From positions 5,986 through 69,985 of the forward strand of contig ONCZ01000002.1 in the NCBI GenBank assembly GCA_900316445.1: a DNA stretch of 64,000 nt, given 5' to 3'. The DNA comes from an uncultured Prevotellaceae bacterium. GTDB lineage: Bacteria > Bacteroidota > Bacteroidia > Bacteroidales > Bacteroidaceae. Below, piece by piece: positions 54,939-62,571 of the stretch (its first letter is position 1; every line of letters starts with the position of its first letter). The notes beneath the pieces were generated by a model. That model saw nothing but the letters and a program-made list of their open reading frames with translations. It searched no databases and was not told the DNA's origin. Position numbers and translations under genes: made by a program.

Positions 54939-56207
54939 TTATTCTGCTATGGTGTGCTCCTTCACAATCTGGATTACCTTCACCAAATCAGCCACATTGA
55001 CAGTACCATCTCCATTGACATCGGCCAGTGTCAAATTAAAGACAACGGGAGGTGCGCCCATGATATAATCGACAATGGCATTTACATCATTCAAGTCAAC
55101 AATACCGTTGCCATTGACATCGCCTGGGAGATCAACACTACCGGTACACTTGGCATAGTAGATCTTGCCATGAGCCGTGGCGCGTCTTCCGATTCTGGTG
55201 CCAGCCCGGACAGCACTGGCTTTCTCTACCATATATATATATACATAGGTGTCTTCATTTACATCGTATGGTACTGACAGCCATTTGCGTGTCGTACTGG
55301 ATATTTGGACTGGGGCATTGTCGCCAACCTTCACATGGAAGGCAAAGTCTGACTCATTCTCTGCTTCTATTTTGATGAAGCCCTTACCTTTGCTCACCAT
55401 CATGGTGATACCTCCGGCAAAGTCAATGGCATAGCCACCATCTCCAGGAGAATAGCTATGATTTTTAACAGCATTATTCACATTATCGACAGCAGCGTCA
55501 GTAAGTAGCGACCCAATATAAATGACACCCTCGCCATCCTCATCCTCAAAACCATCATCATTCGACCCGTCCAATGTAAAGAGAATGCCTCTATAAGAAT
55601 AGTTAGACAGGTCTGCTGACGACAACTCCGAAGGATCAAAGGCCACAGTTTTATCATTTTCGAGAGGAACTACTGCATCATCAATATAGACCGTGACACT
55701 CCTTAGCCCAGAGACTGACGCGCCATTCGTTGCTGACTGAGGTGATGCGATAAACTTTAGGGACAATGGTTCTGACAGCATGCCATAGGATAATTGTGTA
55801 ATACCGTAATCCATTGTCTTCTGATTATAAACCAGTTCTCCCAACTCTGTCTGACCGACATACGCCTTGAGTTCCAAGCCGTAAGCATTATCGCATGTGA
55901 CACTGACACTCTTAATCGTGCCAGAAAAAGTTTGTGCGGACGTCAGTGTCAGTGAACTCTCTGCGACGTCAGAAGGACTGAGATAGAAGTAAAGAGCATC
56001 GGCATCTTCAGAATAGCCAAAATTGCCGACGGTTCCTGTGTCGGAGTAAGTCCACACTATGGCACCATTTGCATTCATGATGCTGCCTTTTGACGGAGTG
56101 CCAAAGCCGATAGTATATTCTGAGGCCTGGCCTGTCAACGAACTCAGCAATAAGGGCAGAGCCAACATGAATGCCCTCCAGTTTTTTGAGTAGTGATAAT
56201 TTGACAT
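54939..56207 (-). CDS. Secreted protein of unknown function with a C-terminal dockerin-like module
   Basis: Signal peptide (AFMLALPLLLSSLTGQA). C-terminus GDVNGNGIVDLNDVNAIVDYI...LADVNGDGTVNVADLVKVIQIV. Only 26 nt downstream of the PP2C gene, with no promoter box between. Confidence 0.7.
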   Translation of the reverse strand: MSNYHYSKNWRAFMLALPLLLSSLTGQASEYTIGFGTPSKGSIMNANGAIVWTYSDTGTVGNFGYSEDADALYFYLSPSDVAESSLTLTSAQTFSGTIKSVSVTCDNAYGLELKAYVGQTELGELVYNQKTMDYGITQLSYGMLSEPLSLKFIASPQSATNGASVSGLRSVTVYIDDAVVPLENDKTVAFDPSELSSADLSNYSYRGILFTLDGSNDDGFEDEDGEGVIYIGSLLTDAAVDNVNNAVKNHSYSPGDGGYAIDFAGGITMMVSKGKGFIKIEAENESDFAFHVKVGDNAPVQISSTTRKWLSVPYDVNEDTYVYIYMVEKASAVRAGTRIGRRATAHGKIYYAKCTGSVDLPGDVNGNGIVDLNDVNAIVDYIMGAPPVVFNLTLADVNGDGTVNVADLVKVIQIVKEHTIAE

Positions 56208-56233
56208 AAATGATTACATTTGAATATGATTGA

Positions 56234-58234
56234 CTATTGTTGATTGCCTTGTATCCGCAGACAGAGTATCGTCAGGTCGTCGCTCTGCTCTGCCCCTTTC
56301 ACATGCTTCTGTACCTCGACATTCAGCATACCGATGGTCTGCTCCGCACTCTCATAGTCGAGCTGTTCCATCAGTTCAAGCAGATGCTCATCGCCGAACT
56401 GTTGTTTATCTGCATCCTCTGCCTCATTGAGACCATCGCTGTACACCAGGAAGGGCATCATGCTGATATCCTCGACACACTCACCCTGATACTCCAGATC
56501 GGGCCAGAAGCCCAGGGGTGCATTGGGCAGCATATCCAGGAAACGGGCATGTCCCTCAGCATCCTTGATGACAGGGGGATTATGACCGGCATTGCAGAAC
56601 TCCAGCCTGCCGGTCTTGAGGTCTGCCACGCCGATGAACATCGTGACAAACATCATGTTCTCGTTATGATCAGCCAGCACCCCGTTCAGTCTGGTGGCAA
56701 TCTCTGCCGGCTGCAGCTGTTGTTTAGATGCCACGCGGAACATATTCACGGCAACAGCCATGAACAGCGAGGCGGGAACGCCCTTGCCACTGACATCCCC
56801 CAGACAGAAATACAGTTTCTCATTGAGGATGAAGAAGTCGTAGAGGTCTCCTCCGACAGCCTTTGCCGGCGTGATAGAGCCGAAGAGGTCGATATCCGTA
56901 CGTTCCGGGAAAGGCGGGAACACCCGTGGCACCATGCCCATCTGGATATCCCTGGCGATGCGGAGATCGCTCTCGATACGTTCTTTGGCCGTCGTGGTCT
57001 CCTCTAACTGGTCGTAGGCCGTCAGCAACTGCTGGTGAGCGTCCTCCAGTTTGTTGTGGGCAGCCTTCAGACGCCTGGCTGCTATATACCTGAAGAGGAT
57101 GAACACGATCAGGGCAACGATGACGATGCCCACGATGATGAGCGTATTGCGGTACTGAGCCCGCTGCTTCTCCAGTTCAAGCTCTCCCACATGGAAACGC
57201 GCATTCATCTCCGTCAGCTGCTGTTTCACATCGTGGGAATTAATGGAATCATTGAGGTTATACATCTCATGATAGAGCTGGGCTGCCTCTTGATAGCGTC
57301 CCAACACCTCCATGAGTTCTGCCCGCTGCTGACGCGTCTGGATCAGCACCGACTTATCGTCGGAGTCCATCATCAAGCTGACACTCTGGTCGTTCAGCTT
57401 TAGCGCTTCCTGATAACGCCCTTGTTTCTGGTATAACTTGGCCTGGTAGTAAAGCCACAACCTTTGGATATAGACCTCATCCTCCGCTCCCAGTTCCTTC
57501 ACCTTATTGAGCATCTCCTCCGCCCGTTCCAGTTTTCCCAGTCCGAGGGCTGCCTGGGCACAAGACATATAGTAATATCGCCAGCGGTTGGCAATCTCAC
57601 TTTCCTTAAATGTGGCTTGCTCATCCTTATAATAGGTGGTCAGGAACTTCTGCCACAGATCTGTCACATGTTCCAGGGTCCGGAAGTCCTCTGTTCTCAC
57701 CAGTTCCTCCGCATAATAAGAGAACACATCCGACAATTGTACGGGAAGCGAATCCAGCTCCATCAGGATGTCCACGCTCTTCTGATAGGAGGAGAGCGCC
57801 TCGTCAGGGTTGTACATGTTAGAATACACATTTCCCATGGCGTAATAGGCCATACCCATCCCGAAACGGTCCTGACGGTCTTTGGCATCATGGTACATGT
57901 CGTTCACCTCCTTGAGTCCGGCACTGGTATCTCCAGAGAAATTATAGAGGTTCACCAATAGCGTCCACACATCATAATAAGACTTCCACGACTTATGACT
58001 CTTCAACAGTTCCATCGTCTGCGGAAGTTCTTTCTTGAGGGAGTCATCCCATTCATTATTATAGAAGAAGGTCATTTTCAGCACCAAGGCTTCATCCTCC
58101 TTATTCATGTCTCCTTGCTGGCGTGCTTTGCGGAGAATGGAATCAAGCCGACTGATTTCCGTGGTTTCGTCAGCGAAAGCGACAACCGCAGAAATCTGCA
58201 TGATCATGATGATAGCCATTCTTACCAACCGCAT
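56234..58234 (-). CDS. TPR-repeat sensor fused to a SpoIIE/PP2C-family serine phosphatase (RsbU-like)
   Basis: N-terminal signal/TM, TPR-like repeats, a central TM (LIIVGIVIVALIVFILF), and a PP2C region (GGDLYDF...LGDVSGKG...NAGHNPP...SDGLNEA...DDLTILC). The ATG at 58234 is preferred because the longer ORF runs through the promoter box and hairpin. Confidence 0.8.
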   Translation of the reverse strand: MRLVRMAIIMIMQISAVVAFADETTEISRLDSILRKARQQGDMNKEDEALVLKMTFFYNNEWDDSLKKELPQTMELLKSHKSWKSYYDVWTLLVNLYNFSGDTSAGLKEVNDMYHDAKDRQDRFGMGMAYYAMGNVYSNMYNPDEALSSYQKSVDILMELDSLPVQLSDVFSYYAEELVRTEDFRTLEHVTDLWQKFLTTYYKDEQATFKESEIANRWRYYYMSCAQAALGLGKLERAEEMLNKVKELGAEDEVYIQRLWLYYQAKLYQKQGRYQEALKLNDQSVSLMMDSDDKSVLIQTRQQRAELMEVLGRYQEAAQLYHEMYNLNDSINSHDVKQQLTEMNARFHVGELELEKQRAQYRNTLIIVGIVIVALIVFILFRYIAARRLKAAHNKLEDAHQQLLTAYDQLEETTTAKERIESDLRIARDIQMGMVPRVFPPFPERTDIDLFGSITPAKAVGGDLYDFFILNEKLYFCLGDVSGKGVPASLFMAVAVNMFRVASKQQLQPAEIATRLNGVLADHNENMMFVTMFIGVADLKTGRLEFCNAGHNPPVIKDAEGHARFLDMLPNAPLGFWPDLEYQGECVEDISMMPFLVYSDGLNEAEDADKQQFGDEHLLELMEQLDYESAEQTIGMLNVEVQKHVKGAEQSDDLTILCLRIQGNQQ

Positions 58235-58263
58235 AGGCAGATAGGGTTTAGTTGATTTGGCTG

Positions 58264-58271
58264 CAAAAATA
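58264..58271 (-). promoter_or_regulatory. -7 box (TATTTTTG on the minus strand)
   Basis: caaaaata lies 30 nt upstream of the ATG at 58234. Confidence 0.45.
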
Positions 58272-58277
58272 AACAAA

Positions 58278-58307
58278 ATTCCCGAAACGGCCAAACGTTT
58301 CGGGAAT
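58278..58307. terminator. Conserved CCCGAAAC hairpin, copy 7
   Basis: aattcccgaaacg-gccaaa-cgtttcgggaatt. Confidence 0.75.
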
Positions 58308-58320
58308 TATTTCAAAATAA

Positions 58321-60090
58321 TTATAGAGCGACGGTGACATCGAGGGTGTTACCCGAGGTGCCAATGGCAACCTGCGACTTGGGGAAGAGCTTATCCGTCA
58401 GCCACCAAGTGAGTTCTGTAGAGGCAACACCGAGGGCAGCACCTGCAACGACATCATACCAGTGGTGCTTGTCGTTCACGACACGCTCCACGCCAATGGC
58501 CGTAGCAGCGGCATAGCCGGTGATGGGAATCCAGATACTCTCCTTACGGAACTCCTTGTCAATCGACCGTGCAGCAGCAAAAGCCATGGCGGCATGGCCT
58601 GAAGGGAATGACTTGTTATCCGAATGGTCTGGACGCTCCTCCTTGGTGACAGCTTTCAGGGCTGTCTTTCCGACATAAGCCACACCCACTGATGCCACTG
58701 TGTTCAAGATAAACCGTGACCAGTTGTGACGTCCCATAGGTCCTGCATAAGCTTTCTGCTTCTCCTCGGTAGTCCTGTAGAACCTGTTTCTGCCGAGGTC
58801 ATACACCACACCGAAGTCGATGTCGAAGAAGCCATTGCTGCCGGCAGCCACCTGCATGCCCGTGGTACTATAGCCCATGCCCTCGCTCGTCGATACCTGA
58901 TAACCCGCAGAAGCAAACAGGCTCAGCTTATCCGACAGCCGATAGGTCTGCTCCAGGCCTGCACCCCACAAAGGAGAGGCAGAGCTCTCAACAAACTGAG
59001 TGATCAGCCCACCGCCCATATATAAAGATGTATGCCATTTCTTCTCCGGGTCATAGCCGGCTATGACATTCGTCAGGTTCAACATGGCATCGAGCCTGGC
59101 CGTTCCGATGCCACCTTTCTTATAATTCTGACAGGGATCCTCCCTGGGGGCCACCCACTCCAGATTTTTGTTCTCGATCAGGCCGTTATCCCACTGCACA
59201 CGGGCTCTCAGCGCGAACTCCGGTGTGAATCTCTTTCCGAAAGCGGCATTCAGTCCGAACGTCATACCCTTGGGGATTACCTTCGAGAAATTGCAGCCAT
59301 AGGGGTTCATCAGGCTCATGTCGATACCGGCCTGCAAAAACCAGTTGTCCCAAATCCCGTTCGTCAGCACCCCATCGCTCACTGAGGCCAGATCAGGCTG
59401 TGTGCGGATTTTACCAAGGTCCACCTGGGCACCGATGCCGAGGGAGAAATAACCGTTGCTGTTTGAACCGGTACCCGTACCTTCCACCTTCTCGCTGCCG
59501 ACGAAGCCACTGCCAGTCATGATATAGGCCGCGTCGAGGTACACACTCCAACGGTTACTCAGGCGATAGGTGTTCAGAACACCGAATCCGAGCAGCAAAG
59601 CGCCCTTGCTCACGCCGAAGTTATAGTTTACACCGACACGCGGATAGACACTCAGGTTCCAGGTCCGGTCAGGACGATAGGCCCCGAAGAAGTTGTGCAT
59701 ATTGAACAGCTCATCGAAATATAAAGCCACATAGCCACCCTTTTCCCTATTCACGCCAGGCTCATAAAACGGTGCCACCCAGTTGGCGTGGTCGTTCTTC
59801 AGCAGCGGCAGTTTATTTTCCCAATTGAACTTCACGCGGTAGCCCACCTGTGGGGTGAACCACTTTCCCACAGCGATATCGAGACCGAAAGTCTTGCCGT
59901 TGGGGAAGACTTTCGAGAAGTCATAGCCATAAGGGTTCTGCAGTGTCATGTCAAGGTCCATCTGCAGGAAGAAGTCATCCCAGATACCATCGGTACGCAC
60001 TGAACCTGGTTCATCCCCCGGCTCAAACAACTGGGCCTTTGTTGTTCCGAAACAACAAAGTGCCACTATCATAAAATACAGTTTTTTCAT
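58321..60090 (-). CDS. Duplicated beta-barrel-like domain fused to a C-terminal PAP2 acid phosphatase domain
   Basis: Signal peptide MKKLYFMIVALCCFGTTKA. Two homologous ~200-aa modules (GIWDDFFLQMDLDMTLQNPYGYDFSKV... and GIWDNWFLQAGIDMSLMNPYGCNFSKV...). PAP2 motifs K..ERP, PSGH, ERVVNDKHHWYDV. An alternative start exists at 60105. Confidence 0.75.
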   Translation of the reverse strand: MKKLYFMIVALCCFGTTKAQLFEPGDEPGSVRTDGIWDDFFLQMDLDMTLQNPYGYDFSKVFPNGKTFGLDIAVGKWFTPQVGYRVKFNWENKLPLLKNDHANWVAPFYEPGVNREKGGYVALYFDELFNMHNFFGAYRPDRTWNLSVYPRVGVNYNFGVSKGALLLGFGVLNTYRLSNRWSVYLDAAYIMTGSGFVGSEKVEGTGTGSNSNGYFSLGIGAQVDLGKIRTQPDLASVSDGVLTNGIWDNWFLQAGIDMSLMNPYGCNFSKVIPKGMTFGLNAAFGKRFTPEFALRARVQWDNGLIENKNLEWVAPREDPCQNYKKGGIGTARLDAMLNLTNVIAGYDPEKKWHTSLYMGGGLITQFVESSASPLWGAGLEQTYRLSDKLSLFASAGYQVSTSEGMGYSTTGMQVAAGSNGFFDIDFGVVYDLGRNRFYRTTEEKQKAYAGPMGRHNWSRFILNTVASVGVAYVGKTALKAVTKEERPDHSDNKSFPSGHAAMAFAAARSIDKEFRKESIWIPITGYAAATAIGVERVVNDKHHWYDVVAGAALGVASTELTWWLTDKLFPKSQVAIGTSGNTLDVTVAL

Positions 60091-60112
60091 TCCCTTAATA
60101 TGCATTCATCGG

Positions 60113-60120
60113 CAAAGTTA
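60113..60120 (-). promoter_or_regulatory. -7 box (TAACTTTG on the minus strand)
   Basis: caaagtta lies 23 nt upstream of the ATG at 60090. Confidence 0.45.
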
Positions 60121-60177
60121 CACATTATTTTTATAACTACCAAATAACTCGCACTTTTTCTTGTTATTAGCAAAAAA

Positions 60178-60207
60178 ATTCCCGAAACGTTTTGCTGTTT
60201 CGGGAAT
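60178..60207. terminator. Conserved CCCGAAAC hairpin, copy 8
   Basis: aattcccgaaac-gttttgct-gtttcgggaatt. Confidence 0.75.
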
Positions 60208-60236
60208 TATTATATTATTAATAAGGTGTATGTCTA

Positions 60237-62372
60237 TCAGAAGAACAGATAGCGGTTGTCGACGACGTTGGCCTTCTGGTAGAGCTCCTGCATGAAACGA
60301 CCGGCGGCCTGCTGGGCACGCTGGCTGAGCTGACGCTCCATGGCCTTCTCATCGAAGTTGGCACCTTCGCGCTGGGCCTTCTTGATGACACGGAAGAGGA
60401 AGGCACCGCCATTACCCTTGACAAGGGCCTTGCTGAAGTCACCCTGCTTGAGGGCTGCCACAGCACCTGCGAGGGCAGGCTCACTGGAACCGGTAGCCTG
60501 AACGAAGGCAGGGGCAGAGAAGGTGATCTGCTTCACAGAGTCGATGCGGGCACCCTTGGCCTTGGCTGCTGCGATGTCAGCAACACCAGCGAACTTAGCC
60601 TTGATCTGCTCGAACTTCTTGTCGCGGATGACCTCGGGCTTCACCAACTCCTGAACGTCGCTGAGTGAACGGTAACCGATGGGGTTGACCTTTGTCAGAG
60701 CCACCACAAGGAGGTTGTCGTTGCTGCCGCACTCGTAGAGGGGGCTGACCTCACCGACCTTGGCGTCGAAGATCCACTTCATGGCCTCACGGGTGGCACG
60801 AAGACCCACGACGTTGTGCTCAGAGTTGAACATATCCTTGCGCTCCTGCACCTTGAAGCCGAACTTCTCGGCGTTCTTCTCGAGATCCTCGATGGTCTTG
60901 TTCTCACTAACGTACTGACTGAACTTGTTATAAGCGTCAGAGTAGGTAGCCTTGGAGAAGTCGATGGTGTGCTTGACGACAGCGACGTCGTACTTGTCTA
61001 CCATGGCCTTGCGGGCTGTAACCTGGAGCACGATGTTACCCTGAGAGAACTCGAGGTTCTTCACATCGTTGACTGCCAGGGTGTTGATGCTGTTAAGGTA
61101 GTTCTTCGATTCCTCATCCATCGCGTTGGAGTTCTCGTACATGGCAGAGGTGAGCCACTGCTTGTCACCTGTCTGACCGTACTTCTGAGCGAGTTCCTCG
61201 AAGTTGGCACCGGCCTTGAGGGCGGTGTAGATGCTGTCGGCTGTCTTGCGGACCTCGTCGATGGTGGCACCACCCACCTGGATCTGACGATACTCGATGG
61301 AGTCAGGCATCTGGACCTTGGAAAGGAGCTTCACGACGTTGAGGGTGTTGTCGGACTTGGTCTCGAAGACACTTGAAGTCTGACCGACAGACATAGAGTC
61401 GAGCTTGGCTGCGATGTCAGAGGGATATGCCTTACGAGTGGCAGCGATACCAGTATAAGGGAACTGTGACTGGGCCTTGCGCACCACCTCAGCGGGGCTG
61501 GCACCACTCTGCAGCTTCTCAGAGGCCTCCTTCATAGTAGCCATAAGGGCCTGACGGTCAGCAGCAGAAGCGAGAACCTGATAGGCGACATACTTAATGT
61601 CGCGGGTCTCCACGGTCTGCTTGAACATCTCCTTCTGAGCGTCGTACTTGGCCTTGAGGTCTGACTCCGTCACCTGCACGTCGTTGTCGTTGACAGTACT
61701 ATAAGCAATAGAGGCCAGCTCCACATCGCTCTCCTGCGTCTGACCCTCGAAAGCCATCTTGGCTGAGACGGGGTTAGAAATCAGGCTGTTGGCGATGAGG
61801 GCCTGGAACTTCTGGGCAAGGGTCTGCGTGCGCAGCTGCTTCTCGATGAACTGCCAGTACTGGTAGATCTTCTGGTAAGACTCTGCCAGCTGGGGATTGG
61901 AAGAATTCTTCTTATAATCTGCCAGGAACTTGGTGAGCATGGTGGCGTCGAAACGACCTGTCTGCTGGTTGACGAAGGGTGAACGCAGAAGCATGGGGTT
62001 GGTACCCTCCTTCATGATGTTCTGCATCTCCTCGTCGGTGACGGTGAGACCAATCTTACCAGCCTCGCTGGCGACAATCTGCTCGTTGACGTAAGAGCTC
62101 CAAACCTCGTCTTTCAGGCTGTTGAGCTGCTCCTCAGAGAGGTTGTCGACGTTCTGAGACATCTTGAGGACCTCCTGGTACTCGTCGACCAGAGACTGGA
62201 ACTCCTGTACGTTGATTTTGTTACCTAACACTTCGCCTATCTGCTGACGCTGCTGGTTCTTGGTTGCTTCGCAAGAACGGAAGGCTTCTTCAGCAATGAA
62301 GGCGAAAAGGCCAAGGCCGATGATGATCACAAGGGCCACGCCTCTTTTTCTGATTTTTCCTAATGCTGCCAT
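60237..62372 (-). CDS. PpiD/SurA-N-like periplasmic chaperone / peptidylprolyl isomerase
   Basis: N-terminal TM anchor (GVALVIIIGLGLFAFIA) and a long SurA_N-like helical region. Length 711 aa. Confidence 0.75.
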   Translation of the reverse strand: MAALGKIRKRGVALVIIIGLGLFAFIAEEAFRSCEATKNQQRQQIGEVLGNKINVQEFQSLVDEYQEVLKMSQNVDNLSEEQLNSLKDEVWSSYVNEQIVASEAGKIGLTVTDEEMQNIMKEGTNPMLLRSPFVNQQTGRFDATMLTKFLADYKKNSSNPQLAESYQKIYQYWQFIEKQLRTQTLAQKFQALIANSLISNPVSAKMAFEGQTQESDVELASIAYSTVNDNDVQVTESDLKAKYDAQKEMFKQTVETRDIKYVAYQVLASAADRQALMATMKEASEKLQSGASPAEVVRKAQSQFPYTGIAATRKAYPSDIAAKLDSMSVGQTSSVFETKSDNTLNVVKLLSKVQMPDSIEYRQIQVGGATIDEVRKTADSIYTALKAGANFEELAQKYGQTGDKQWLTSAMYENSNAMDEESKNYLNSINTLAVNDVKNLEFSQGNIVLQVTARKAMVDKYDVAVVKHTIDFSKATYSDAYNKFSQYVSENKTIEDLEKNAEKFGFKVQERKDMFNSEHNVVGLRATREAMKWIFDAKVGEVSPLYECGSNDNLLVVALTKVNPIGYRSLSDVQELVKPEVIRDKKFEQIKAKFAGVADIAAAKAKGARIDSVKQITFSAPAFVQATGSSEPALAGAVAALKQGDFSKALVKGNGGAFLFRVIKKAQREGANFDEKAMERQLSQRAQQAAGRFMQELYQKANVVDNRYLFF

Positions 62373-62414
62373 TTGATGAATTTATTTTTTAGTTTTAAAA
62401 TTTCTACCACCCAA

Positions 62415-62468
62415 CCCTCCTATCAAGGAGGGCTTTTGAGAGGGGAGTTTCCCGCCAGTGGCGGGAAA
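62415..62468. other. Two adjacent stem-loops in the putative leader of the PpiD-like gene
   Basis: ccctcc-tatcaa-ggaggg (62415-32) and tttcccgcc-agt-ggcgggaaa (62448-68). They lie between the -7 box and the ATG at 62372. Confidence 0.5.
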
Positions 62469-62496
62469 TCTCCAATGATTCTATGAAATCAGCGTG

Positions 62497-62504
62497 CAAA
62501 ATTA
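62497..62504 (-). promoter_or_regulatory. -7 box (TAATTTTG on the minus strand)
   Basis: caaaatta lies about 125 nt upstream of the ATG at 62372. Confidence 0.4.
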
Positions 62505-62539
62505 CGACTTTTCTTTGAAACGGCAAAATTTTTATGAGA

Positions 62540-62566
62540 AAATCTGCATAATCTGCGAAATCTGTG
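62540..62566. repeat. 3 x 9-nt tandem repeat (AAATCTGCA TAATCTGCG AAATCTGTG)
   Basis: Read directly. Same architecture as 7512-7538. Located 6 nt after the stop of the CorC/GldE-like gene. Confidence 0.85.
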
Positions 62567-62571
62567 GTTTT

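Noticed and set aside
12422-56207. The whole accessory region as an integrative/conjugative or phage element.
   Set aside because: No integrase, recombinase, transposase, tra/mob, capsid or terminase motif was recognised in any frame. No flanking direct repeats or tRNA were found. Only the VirE-like gene is mobile-element-associated.
58235-58294. N-terminal extension of the PP2C ORF (MAVSGILFIFAAKSTKPYLP).
   Set aside because: It is encoded by hairpin copy 7 and the TATTTTTG -7 box themselves. A start at 58234 is consistent with promoter placement.
25402-60207. The eight CCCGAAAC hairpins viewed as a dispersed CRISPR-like or MITE array with terminal inverted repeats.
   Set aside because: Spacing is irregular (kilobases) and each copy is a single ~30-nt palindrome at a gene boundary. 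No target-site duplications were seen. The terminator-module interpretation is retained, and a REP-like origin remains possible.
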